Below are positions 1 to 11,184 of a stretch of 64,000 bases of DNA, in pieces. The notes below the pieces were generated by a model. It made no database searches. It was not told the DNA's origin and saw nothing but the letters and a program-made list of their open reading frames with translations. A program made the translations under genes and the position numbers. Source of the stretch: Heteronotia binoei (Eukaryota); the NCBI RefSeq assembly GCF_032191835.1, contig NC_083225.1, forward strand, positions 84,506,001 to 84,570,000, written 5' to 3'. Positions within the stretch are counted from its first letter, which is position 1; the number at the start of each line of letters is the position of its first letter.

Positions 1-379
1 AGCGGGCAAAGCGGTTATAGCAGCAGGTTGGAAAGATTCGAGTAAATGGACAGAAGGAAATTGGCATAATTACTTATTTGAAATTATCCAATCAGATATA
101 ATCTCTAAAATCTGCCAAGATTCGTCGTGGGAAGAAAGGAGAGCGACAGTCAAGGAGAAGTGGTCATTATACCGGGAATGGGCGGAAGAAGAACAAAGAA
201 GAGACGTTCAGTGGAAGCTCCAAACCTTATGCCCCGGCTGAGAGAAAAGGACTAAGAAATTGGGACTTGAGGGAGAGGGGGGTGGTTAGGGGAAGGGTGG
301 TAAAAAGCTGTAAAAATTCAATAGCGAAAGCATTATTTTATTACATAATGGAATCAAATATAGAATGAAAAAAAAAAAA
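1..379 (+). mobile_element. L1-clade LINE 3' end (ORF2 C-terminus, G-rich 3' UTR, poly(A))
   Basis: Frame 2..241 reads AGKAVIAAGWKDSSKW...KEKWSLYREW...CPG*, like L1 ORF2 C-termini (IA..WK, KW..Y). It is followed by a G-rich tract (271-300) and an A-run (368-379). Confidence 0.8.
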
Positions 380-380
380 C

Positions 381-2380
381 AATCAACAGCTTGTCCAGGT
401 TTTGGCATCTCGAGCTCAGTGGGGTGCACAGAGCTCACTCTCGGTGACCACCCGAACCGGGCAGTAGGGGAGTGCCACAGCTTCTCGAGGAAGATTCTGG
501 AGGGGTCTTCCAACAGCAAGGGGTTCTACAGGAGCCAGGGAAATGGTGGTGACTGGTCCCTGTTCCTCCTGTCTGCCTCGATGCTCAACCATTGCAGTCG
601 CCATGATGGCAGTAAGAGATGAACACCCGACTGTTTTCCTTCTTTAACAAGCTTCTATTATATCTTATTTCTACCTTAATTACCGAAATGCTATCGGGCA
701 AGTAAGTTTTTCTTTTTTCTTTTTACTGCTAACAATTAATGGATCTTCTGTTATAATGCCAATTTGGACTGTTCAAAAAAAAGGGAAAGAGAAGGATATC
801 TCCCCCTTTTTTCTCCCAACGAAGGCTTCAAAAAGACAAAGAACAAACTTAAGAACTCTTTACAACTTAAATTGGACTGAACATGGACATTTGAATGGAT
901 TCGGCTTACAATTAATCAAGCTATAATGAAAACATTACTTTATTTGAATACGGTCTAAACAAAAGTCTGCTATATTTTTTAAGAGAAATGCTTCTGATAC
1001 CTGATTGGAATTGAAATGATTACAATTGAACTGTAAGAGGAAAGCTCATGGCTGGAGGAGATTGAGAAAGATAGATTATCTGGGACTTTGAGTTGGTTTT
1101 TTAACTTTGATTATCAGACTGTTATATTGCGGAGAAGATGGCGATTTAACCTGAAGCACTTGATAAAAAAGATATTATGATTGCCATATCCTCCTTAAAG
1201 CAGGAAATAGATCTGCTAGCAGAGTTAAAACATGACAAAATGGAAATCTTTATTTTAAAACACAGTGAAACTGAAAATCTACACCAGCAGAATGATTAAG
1301 GGATCCCAGTGATGTCTATGGAGATGAGAGAGGCGGAGAAAGATCTGGTGGGAAGGAGCTGAAAGAAATCAAAATGGAGACAATGGAGACATTGTGTGCA
1401 GTTACAAAAAGGAAGCGGAAATCAAGCTTGATTAAAGTTCATGCAGGAGGAAGTGATGCTGTGGAGATCTCATCGCTTTTAATAAAATGGATATATATGC
1501 TAAAGGGAGACAGACTACTTCAAGAAGATAAAGTCTTGGAAAACTTTTTAAAAGAAGGGATTATAAACTGTTGCCCTTTCTTGTAACTGGTTAACATGGA
1601 ATTAACAAAAGGGAACTGGTGTGCAGTCTTGAAACGGATCAGAAATGACAAGCGTGATTTTTAGAGACACATGATTTTGAAATGACAAATGAGACTTAGA
1701 ATCTGAATACTTTTTTCATGTTTGTTATTTTTACTTATGGGTTCCATATTCTTAAAACTAATCAATTTAATAGAGAGTGGGTTATAGAGATATATGATTT
1801 TTTCCATGGGTAAGATAAATAAGTGAAAGAAGGCCATTTTTATTTTGAGATTCTACTTTTTTATTATAAAGTTAAATGGAGCAAGTTAATAGAGGGATAT
1901 AGAGATTGTATGATTTTTTACCTAAGTAAAGATAATAAGCATGGGAAATGAGATTGTCACTGGTTATTAAATCTGTGTGTGTTTTTAGAGCAATATAAGT
2001 TTCCCAAAAGTTTAATCAAGTTAAATATTTAAATACTTAATCTAGACAAATAATTAATTTGGGCCAATTTACAATAAGGTAGACAACACAGGTATTTAAA
2101 AACTTTAAAGATCTGCTCTTGGTTATTTTTTATTTTTATTTCTTTTTAGTAATAGATTCTGTTGATATTGAAACAGATAAAGTAATATATGTTAGGTTCT
2201 GTTTTGGTCCTTTGCTGTTTTTATTTTTTTCTCTGTTGGAAATAATTAAGGTAGTGTTAAGGATAAAGAGATTATATTCATCTTCTCTCTTTATGATTAT
2301 TGTTATTATGGTTAAAGTTAGTACGTATTCCTAATATGGTTAAAATAAGCTACTGGGTTTTATTTTGTGATTGGTTTCTT
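381..2380 (+). mobile_element. Unclassified interspersed element, copy A (L1-like 5' region plus short degenerate ORF at 1138-1586)
   Basis: Collinear DNA and protein similarity to 21305-22380 on the minus strand. Shared motifs include TGGTGGTGACTG, TGACTGTTC.AAAA, GAGGCTTC.AAAGA.AAGAAC and AAGATGGCG. The ORF has 2 stops and 1 frameshift. The 3' boundary is approximate. Confidence 0.6.
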
Positions 2381-2384
2381 TGCT

Positions 2385-5300
2385 TTTCTTTTAAAGATTT
2401 TTATTTTTTCAAATGAAAAAGGGGAAGGGGATATAGAAAAGTAATAAAACATCTGTTCAAAACGTATAGAAAACATTCTGCATATCACTGTATCACCAAA
2501 TATTAAAAAGTTCCATCGTATCATTATTATTACACATTTAGCCTCTTATCACATTAGCCATATAGAGTTATATTGTAAATTCCCATTTAGATTGTCAATT
2601 TAGTTCATATTTGGTTTATATTCCAATCAAATAATCTGAATAGTATCTACCAGCATTCATCATTAAAGCAGTTTAAATATCTAACCATACATATAACTTC
2701 TCCAAATATTTTCTTGCTTCCTCTTTGGATTTCCCAACAAGCATTAAAGATAAATAGTCCATCTCCGCTACTTCCAGTACTTTCCCTATCAACTCTTGCT
2801 TTCTAGGTAACTTTTGGAGCTTCCATTTCTGAGCAAATAAAATCCTAGATGCAGTATTAATGTGTGCCATCAAATGTCTTGTTTCTTTTGTATAGTCTTT
2901 AGGGAACATATTCAACAAAAACAGTTCTGGTTTAAGTTGGATCTGCATCTTCAAAATCTTTTGTAATAGTTCATGAACTATCTTCCAATAATCTTTCACC
3001 TTCTCACAAGTCCACCACATGTGGTAAAACGACCCCACCTGCTTTGTACATTTCCAACATTTGTTAGACATATTAGAATACATTTTAGAAAGTTTTTGAG
3101 GAGTTACATACAGAACATTTTATACAAATTTTCTTTAAAAGAAATTGATTTAGTTAGCTTAATATTTTAATTCCATAGTCTCCCATTCATCTAACATAAT
3201 ATTACGCCCTATATTTTTCGCCCATTGTACCATACAGTCTTTCACAATCTCATCTTGCATCCTCATCTGTAGTAAATAAGAATAAATTTTCAAAATTAAT
3301 TTTTCTTGAGGGTCAAAGAATATCTTATCAAACGGATATTGATCCATGTTTAACCCTATTACCTTGTCCTTTACATATCTGGATTCTATTTGCATTCTGA
3401 GCCACCAGCTCATATCAATATTCTTGGTTTCTAGTTCTTCCTTAGTTTTTAGTTGCTTATCTTGTTGCAATAAATCCTCATACCTATAGCATTGGTTTAA
3501 TTTCATAAGATTTGGTGGTGTAAAAGCTTCAACAGGGGATACTCATCTTGGAATACTTTTGTAGACTTTCGGTTTTAACCAGGCCCATGTATGATAGAGC
3601 GATTTCCTTAGCCAGTGATTTTTGAAGTAGGAGTGCCCTTCTATTCTTTGATACCATATATACACGTGCCAGCCTTGGGTAAATTCATGCCCTTCCAAAA
3701 GCAGCTGTCTTCTATCTTGTAACAAAGCCCAATCTCTCAACCAAGTCAACACTGAGGCCCTGTAATACAATTGCCAATCTTGCAGGCCTAGACCCACTCT
3801 TTTTTTACAATCCTACAATACTTTAAATTTAATCCTTGGCTTTTTCTTCTGCCAAATATATGTCGAAATCATCTTGAATCATTCTTTCAAGAACTGTTAG
3901 TTAAGAGTACCAAGATAGTTTGAAATAGGAATAGCAATCTTGGCAATACATTCATTTTAATCAGCTATTCTTCCCATTAATGATATTTTCAAATCCCGCC
4001 ATTTTTCCAAATCTCTTTGGATTTCTTTAAGCAATTTATCATAGTTATCCATCTTTAAAGTACTGCATTTGTTTGATATATAAATACCTAAGTATTTCAC
4101 TTCTTCTCATAGGAAAATTAAGACTTTTCTTGAAAGGATTGGAAAGCTATTGTCTTGAAAGCTATTGTCTTTTCTTGAAAGGATTGGAAAGCTATTGTCA
4201 TATTCTTAGTCAAAAATTTTGTTTTTCCATAATTTATCTTCAATCCTGCCCAATAACCAAATTGGGTAATCCTATTTGTCAAGCAGTCAATTGATTTAAT
4301 TGAGTTCTAATATGAAGACCAAATCATCTGCAAATGCCCTCAATTTGTAATGCTCACCCTTGGCCAACGCACCTTTAATATTAGAATCTTCTCTTATTTG
4401 TTTATTCAAAATCTCCAAACATAAGATAAATAAAAGTGGTGACAGTGGACAGCCTTGTCTTGTACCCTTCTGGATAGTAATTGATTCTGTTAATTCACCA
4501 TCACTTTGGCACTTTGAGATGACTATATTGACTGTATAATTTTCAAAAAGTTCTCACCACATTCCATGCCTCTTAACTGTTGTATCATAAAATGTCACTG
4601 GACGTTGTCAAAGACTTTCTCTGCATCCAAGCAAATTAAGGCTAGCTGCTTCTCTGGATGACTTTCGTAATATTCCAGTATATTGCATATAGTCCTAACA
4701 TTATCTTTCAGATATCTTCCTGGCAAAAATCCTGCTTGATCTCGGTGTATAATAGCCAACAGAATCTTCTTCAAGCGTTGTGCCAGGATAGAAGCAAAAA
4801 TCTTATAATCCACATTCAAGAGTGAAATTGGTCTAAAATTCTTTACATCTTTCAAGTCTGTACCTTCCTTGGGGATTAAAGATATTGTGGCTTCTTACCA
4901 TGTCCATAGAATTTTGGCTTCTCTCTGAATAGTTTCTATCAGATGTTTAAATAGAACTGATAGACAATCTTCAAAAGCTTTGCAGAATTCTGCTGGTAAG
5001 CCATCTGGACCAAGTGATATGCCATTTTTTGAGAAGCTATGGCTTCACATACTTCTCTTATCATTATTGGTTCATTTAAAATTTTCTGCTGGTCATCTAT
5101 AGATTTATTAAGATTATTCTGTTTAAGATAGTCTTCTAGGTCTTCCTTTGCCACTTGTTTATTTTCATATAGCTTTTTGTAAAATTGTTCCTCAATTTGA
5201 AGTATCTCCTGTTTTTGAAATTTCTCTATATTATTTCCATCTCTCAATTATGTTATAATTCTCTTCGCATTTTCTTTTCTCAGTCTGTACGCCAGCCATC

Positions 5301-6720
5301 TCCCAGGTTTATTAGCATGTTCAAAGTAACTTTGTTTTGTATATTTCAATTTTCTCTCTACTTCTTCCACCAATAATAAATTAAGTTGATGTTGTATCTT
5401 TTTTATTTTGTCTTGAAATTCTTGTTTTGTTGGTTGTAGTTTCAAATTTTTATCAGCTTGTTCTGCCTGCTTCTTTAGCTTTTGGAATTCTCAATTCTTT
5501 CCTTCTTTTTCTTGGCATTGAATCTAATTGCCAGCCCTCTAAAGTATGCTTTAGCTGCATCCCATACTACCTGCATCTTCACCTCCTGAGTTACATTTTG
5601 TTTGAAAAAAAAATTATTTATTCTTCAGCTTCCTGGAGAAAGTTTTTGTCTTTTAGTGTTTAACTTCCAATTCTTCTTTGCATTTCTTAGAGGTTTATAA
5701 TTACTGGACTATGATCAGATATCACCCTAAATTGGATCTCCACTTTTGCCAATTCTTTCATCAAACTTGTAGAAAGCCAACACATATCAATTCTTGAGCA
5801 GGACTGATGACTAGATGAGTAGTATGCCACGCTTCTCTTCTTTATATTCATATATGTTGCAGCAAATTCGTTACCAAATTTTTTTTTCTTCAACAAATTT
5901 TGATTTTTTGTCAATATATAGGTTTCTTGCAAACAAATAATATCAGCTTCCAATTTCGCTAAGTATTTAAAAACTTTCCTTCTCTTCAATGAGAAATTAA
6001 GTCCATTCACATTAGTAGAGACTATTGACACCATTATGAATCTTTCTTATCACTATCCTTTTTATCTTTTTTGATCTGTAATTGAGTTTGGTACTTCTTT
6101 GCCTCACTTGAATCTTCTCCCTCTGAGCTTACTTCTTGCCCATCCTTCTCTCTTCCTCCTTCCCAAATTTCTCCAGGAAGTTCTCAGCTTTAAAGATTGA
6201 GTTAATTCTATGTCTTTTACCTTCAAACGTGAACACTAAGCCTTCTAGCATCAACCACATATAAGGTACTTCTCTTTCCCTCAAAAATTTGTCAAGGTAT
6301 GATAGTCTCTCCTCTTCTGTCTGGCAGGCCATGGTATCTCTTTCAAGATTCTCTGCTATTAACACTGGTTTGTCTCTTGTCTGTTTCAGAATGTTATCTC
6401 TGGTTGCTCTTCTAGTAAGTTTCACATGAATTCGCTCGGTAATTGGTTCCGCTTGGTAAAACTCGATGGTACACGCTTAACTTGATCAATCTCCTCTTTC
6501 ATCTTTCCCAGAAGCACATGCAGAATTTCCACAAGAGTCTCACTGACCATTTTCTGCTGATCTTCAGATTTGTCTTCTGGAACATTTTGCAATCTGACCT
6601 TCTTCAAATACTATTGCCCCAGCTTTTCTCATATTCTACAGGTGGTTGTTTGTTTTTCTTAAGAGTGTTTTGCGAAGTTAGACCTTGTCTGTTAGTTCCT
6701 GCTGTAGTTGGTGTTTGATT
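2385..6720 (-). mobile_element. Near full-length degenerate L1 LINE (ORF1 and ORF2 pseudogenised)
   Basis: ORF1 remnants 6129-6720 (VRLQNVPED, REVPYMWLMLEGLVFTF). APE endonuclease 5687-6034 (NVNGLN, LQET, SRID, SDHSP; internally deleted). RT motifs RPISLLNVDYKI, LDAEKVFD, RQGCPLSP, FADD (~4321-4860). C-terminal CWKC..H.WWTC knuckle 2673-3083. AATAAA/A-rich tail at ~2385-2410. Confidence 0.95.
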
Positions 6721-7172
6721 CTTTTAATACTGATTGTTGTTTAATTTGATGGCACTAATATAACATTTTGTAAGGTCATTATACGTCAGAAGCTACTTGA
6801 TGGCATTTAACACACACAATTGTTTTTGCTCACAACTTTGAATGAATTAACTGAAGAAAAGCAGCTAAAATACCTCATAAACAAATAATATTTAAAAAAA
6901 TTAGAAGGTGTAAATTATATTGACATATTCCTTGAACCTAATCTTAAAAGGGACAAGTTATGATTATGAGAGCATGAATGAAGCAAAATCCATCTCATTT
7001 TTTAGTTGTTGACTCTTGGTATTGCCAAGCATAGCAAATGGAAACAGAGAAACATATCTTTTGTAGGTTATCAAGCTAATTAATCTTGACTAGCCATGAA
7101 TGCCTGAGGAAACCATAGAACCAGCACAAGTTTTTTCTGGATGAAATATTGGTCAATGTCTTTTTATACTAG

Positions 7173-7234
7173 GAGAATAAATATGCATTGCAAAATTGTA
7201 GGCATCTCAGAGGAAAACTTTAGGAACTATTTAG
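7173..7234 (+). CDS. Candidate host exon (unidentified gene)
   Basis: Pyrimidine tract TCTTTTTATACTAG acceptor and TTAG|GTAAGA donor. One open frame, RINMHCKIVGISEENFRNYL. No homology recognised. Confidence 0.25.
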
Positions 7235-8039
7235 GTAAGAGTACTTTCCCCAATTTTGTAAAATACTATCAGGTAGCAAAATGAAAAATCCCATCTAAAC
7301 TGTTGCATATTAATAATGATGATACATAGTACTGTTTGGAGCAACAGTTTGAAAATGCCACTGTTTTCTCTAATGTTCTATAAACTACAAATTAATATGT
7401 AATGAATGTCTTGTATAGGTGTCCCTAACATTTGTGAGCCTTTGGGCATTGTTGAAATGCTGGCACAGGACGATGGGCTGCCATGGCGTATGGAGCCAAC
7501 CAAAAAATGTCAGGGAGTAAGGTTATGCATAATTCTAGTAGTAACTATTTAACATTTCAGGTAGAGGTCTTTTTAAATGAATATATTGTTTAAAAATATA
7601 TTCTTGCATACACACAGCTTACCTTCAGTCATGTGGTGAAGATCCTTGGACTGTAGTAACAGCTGCTGCCAAAGCAAAGTTTTTAAAAATCTAGCCAATC
7701 AGATCTCCAGTGGCCAATCAGAAGCCCTGCTGGGCAAAAGCCCCATGCAGTTTCTAAACACAGTTGGTGGGCATCAGGAAAGGTGTCTGTTACAAGAGAG
7801 CCTAGAATAGGCAGCCCCTCACCCCCCCCCTCCCCAGCATTTCCAAGACCATCTCTAGGGGAGAGAAATTCACCCAAGGCTTTTGGCTAACAGAGCATAC
7901 AGTCTTTATTAAGGACTAGGAATAAGGCCCATTGTGAAGAAAAATACAACAGGCTCTAGAAAGAGGCTCTAGATAAGTGCCGCCCCATCCTTGCTGTCTT
8001 CCCACCCATCCAAGTGAAGACAATCACTCCTCCCCCACA

Positions 8040-8271
8040 CCACCTCAAGAAGAGCTGATCTCTGCGATTGGGAGAGCAGTTGTAATTCTGAGTGATCCCC
8101 AGCCCTCACCTGGAGACTGGCAACAATAGTTTCTCAGGAAGAAATGGCTGATTTGGAGGGTGGAGTCTATAGCATTGAACCTGTCTGAGGTCCTACCCCT
8201 TCTTAAACCCTACCCTCACTAGATTGCACTCCTCAAAACTCGAGGAGTTTGCCAACCTGGAGTTGGCAACT

Positions 8272-8272
<1 letters not shown>
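8040..8272. mobile_element. Non-autonomous DNA transposon (hAT-like, GGTTGCCAAC family) fragment
   Basis: Ends in CCAACCTGGAGTTGGCAAC. Shares internal motifs (GAAAATGGCTG..TTGG, GGAGATCTCC) with copies at 9381-9540 and 58322-58395. Confidence 0.55.
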
Positions 8273-8273
<1 letters not shown>

Positions 8274-8311
<38 letters not shown>

Positions 8312-8640
8312 TTTTATTTATACCCCGCCCTCCCCACTGAGGCAGGCTCAGGGCGGCTTACAGAATGTGGCAAGAGCCATGTTAAACAATAAAACAGTTA
8401 TACATTTCTATAACATTTAAAATTTACCATTAAATTTACATAATATAAAAGTCTAAAATCAATCTAAAATAATCTCATCATATTGCTATCTCGATTGCTG
8501 ATGTTAGTGATGGCATGGTGTTCATTTCAGGTTCCATCTTGGAAGGCTAGCCGGAAGAGGGCAGTTTTGCACGCCCTACGGAATTGGTTAAGTCACACAG
8601 GCTGTCATAGAGGGAGCTGCTGCTGAACAGGAGCAAGTAG
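8274..8640 (-). mobile_element. L2 LINE 3' end with (AAT)n tail
   Basis: The (AAT)n run at 8274-8310 adjoins TTTATACCCCGCCCTCCCC...CTCAGGGCGGCTTACA, the reverse complement of the L2 3' terminus also seen at 43650-43724, 50055-50130 and 60080-60156. Confidence 0.75.
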
Positions 8641-8656
8641 CCAGGCCTAGTTCATT

Positions 8657-8870
8657 TATAAGAACATAAGAGAAGCCATGCTGAATCAGGCCAATGTCCC
8701 ATCCAGTCCAACACTCTGTTTCACACAGTGGCCAAAAAACCCAGGTGCCATCAGGAGGTCCATCACTGTGGCCAGGACACTAAAAGTCCTCCCACTGTGC
8801 CCCCCCGCCAAAGCACCAAGAATACAGAGCATCACTGCTCCATACAGAGAGTTCAAACAATACCCTGTGG
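8657..8870 (-). mobile_element. CR1-type LINE 3' terminal fragment (TTCTTATG end)
   Basis: ATAAGAACATAAGAGAAGCCATGCTGAATCAGGCC is the reverse complement of the 3' end also seen at 21226-21302 and attached to CR1-like sequence at 34865-35330. Confidence 0.7.
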
Positions 8871-9137
8871 CCAGGGGCCGTTTTGTAGGGAAAAAAAGGT
8901 GGAGGAGCTTGTTAGCATAACTCATTAGCATATGCCACTGCCCACCCCCCAGCCAAAAGCACCCCAAGCAAGAAAGGAGAGCCCCAGCCAAGTGAGGCCT
9001 GCTTGGGCTGGCTAGAGATCCAGCCAGTCCAAGCAGGCCTCGTTCACTTGGGGCTCTCCCTGGACGCCACCTCCCAACAGTCAAAAGGCCAGAAAGCCAC
9101 TCATTCAAGTTATCCCTAACTCCAATGGTGGCTCAAT

Positions 9138-9350
9138 GATAGCTCAGTGGTAAAGCATCTGCTTGGTAAGAAGAAGGTCCCAGGTTCAATCCCTGGCATC
9201 TCCAACTAAAAAAAAGAGTCCAGGCAAATAGGCAAGAAAAACCTCAGCTTGAGACCCTGGAGAACTGCTGCCAGTCTGAATAGACAATACTAACTTTGAT
9301 GGACCAGGGGTCTGATTCAGTATGAGGCAGCTTCATATGTTCATGTTCAT
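9138..9350 (+). mobile_element. tRNA-derived SINE (Squam2-like)
   Basis: A box TAGCTCAGTGG, B box GGTTCAATCCC, non-tRNA body, and a CR1-like tail GATGGACC..TCTGATTCAGTATGAGGCAGCTTCATATGTTC. Confidence 0.8.
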
Positions 9351-9553
9351 ATACCAGTCAGATGGCATCAAGGCATCCAGAGGGTTCTTCCAGGCCTCGG
9401 GTAGCCAACCTCCAGGTGGAGCCTGAAGATCTCCTGGAATCACAACTGAACACCATACAACAGATCTGTCTCTCCCTGGAGAAAATAACTGCTTTGGGTA
9501 GTGGACTCTAAGGCATTATATTCAGCTGAAGGCTCTCCCTTTACTAACAGAAG

Positions 9554-9680
9554 CAGGGCTTTTTTTTTTTTTTTTTAGCAGGAACACACAGGAACACATT
9601 TCTGGCTGGCTTGGTGTCAGGTGGTGTGGCTTAATATGCAAATGGGTTCCTTCTGGGCTTTTTCTACCAAAAAAGCCCTG
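9554..9680. mobile_element. hAT MITE (CAGGGCTTTTTT TIRs)
   Basis: TIRs CAGGGCTTTTTT / AAAAAAGCCCTG. Flanks AACAGAAG / GACATAAG (6/8 match) suggest a decayed 8-bp TSD. An inverted copy lies at 36431-36548. Confidence 0.75.
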
Positions 9681-9759
9681 GACATAAGTAACTTTGGTTG
9701 CCTAACAACAGCCTCTGGCTAGCAGCTTCCCCAGGGGGCCAGTCCTTGTATGTCCTGGA

Positions 9760-10490
9760 CAGTACCAGCCCAAGCGGTCATGGCGCCCTAGGAAGACTGC
9801 CAGCCTGCCGCCCCCCTCCACAGCATCCCCTGCCTCTCCCATGGTGCCGTGCCCCCTCACACCTCCTCCCCCCCCCCTGTGCCTCCTCCACCATCCCCTC
9901 CCCACCCCAGGTGTATTTCAAAGCCCAGAAGGGCGGTTGAGCTGTGCTCCTGGGCTATCTAAAGGGGGCTCCTTTGGGAGGAGGGAGAGCAGCAGTGCCC
10001 TTTCAGGACACAGTTCTTTTGCTGCTGCTGGCCTTCTGCAGCGCTCAAAGTCAGTGACCACCATGCTGTTTTACCCATCGATCAGCTGATCGGTGGGGAA
10101 GGCTTTAGATCACCTGGGAGCGTGGCTCAACCCCCTTCTGTGCTTTGAAATACACTTGGGTGGCGAAGGGAGGGAGGAGGAGGCGCAGGGGAGGGGGGAG
10201 GCATGGGGGCGTGATGCGATGGGGGAAGGCCCTTTCACTGCTGCCGGTCTGCCGCAGTGCTCAAAGATGGTGAACGCCATGCTGTTTTACCCGCCAATCA
10301 GCTGATTATTGGGGGGGCTTTAGATCACCCAGGAGCATGGCTCCACCGCCCTTCTGGACTTTGAAATACACCTGGGATGGAGAAGGGAGGGAACAGGATC
10401 CTGAGGAGATGGCAAACTAGCCGTTTGCCTAGGGGGAAGGGGGAAAGGCCAAATTCAGTGCCCCTGCCCTTCTGGCACCCTAGGAACTCT
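9760..10490. mobile_element. GC-rich non-autonomous element with internal inverted repeats
   Basis: 9906-9964 is the near reverse complement of 10318-10376 and 10103-10160. GGCGCCCTAGG / GGCACCCTAGG motifs lie near the ends. Boundaries are approximate. Confidence 0.45.
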
Positions 10491-10567
10491 AGTGGGCGAG
10501 CCATCCCTGGTCCTGGGGCAAGGCTGAGGGGAGGGAGGGGTGATAGGAAAGAGGTGACTGCCATTAC

Positions 10568-10810
10568 CTTTGAGGAAATGCTTCATGAGGCTGCAGTAGA
10601 GTTGCAGCCCTTTCTGAGACTCATTGATGAAAAGGACACAGAGAAGCATCGGATATGTGTCTGTCTTTGAGGTAAGACTGTTTTGACGGTTTGTTCAGTG
10701 TTTCCGGGCTTGCAGTAGATGAAGGACAGAAAAGTCAGCCAATGGGAACCCAAAGGTGGTGACTGATGAATGATGGGCCAATGGTTTGTTGAGTGTATCC
10801 ATCAGCCAAT
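10568..10810 (-). promoter_or_regulatory. Candidate promoter (three NF-Y CCAAT boxes, ETS-like site) and first exon
   Basis: AGCCAATGG (10739), GGCCAATGG (10778) and AGCCAATGAG (10806) in unique sequence. CCGGAAA on the minus strand at ~10701-10707. Minus-strand donor AAAG|GTAATG at 10568|10567. Confidence 0.4.
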
Positions 10811-10923
10811 GAGAGCACTCTATTTGCTTGCCACCATTAGGGAATTATCTATGATGATCAGCCTGAGCCTGCAAGAGCAGATCATGCAAACACTCTGAAC
10901 AGGATAGAGTCCTTCCTGTATAG

Positions 10924-11184
10924 CAGGGGTGGCCAAATTGTGGCTCTTTCACATTTCTCTCTTTAAATCACTTCTCCAAGCCAAGCCAACCGGTGGCTTG
11001 GAGAATGCATTTCGAGTTAAAATTGCTTTTCTCTCCCTCCCCACCCATCTATTTCTCTGCCTGCCTGCCTGCCTGCCTGCCTTCCTTGTGGCTCTCAAAC
11101 CTCTCATGTTCATGTCCTGTGGCTCTCAAACATCTGATATTTATTCTATGTGGCTCTTAGATTAAGCAAGCTTGGTCACCCCTG
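10924..11184. mobile_element. hAT-Charlie-like MITE
   Basis: TIRs CAGGGGTGGCCAA / TTGGTCACCCCTG. 8-bp TSD CTGTATAG / CTTTATAG (7/8). Confidence 0.85.

Noticed and set aside
7560-7680. Strong minus-strand donor GAAG|GTAAGC at ~7620
   Set aside because: It lies within a hAT-like repeat (~7416-7810), so it is not evidence of a host exon.
7915-7965. ACTAG...CCCATTGT/ACAACAGG stem-loop resembling a Helitron/Helentron end
   Set aside because: Imperfect and single, with no matching other end found; not enough to call.
9138-9210. Possible tRNA gene
   Set aside because: It has A and B boxes but no pairing acceptor stem or proper anticodon arm, and it continues into a SINE body and LINE-type tail.
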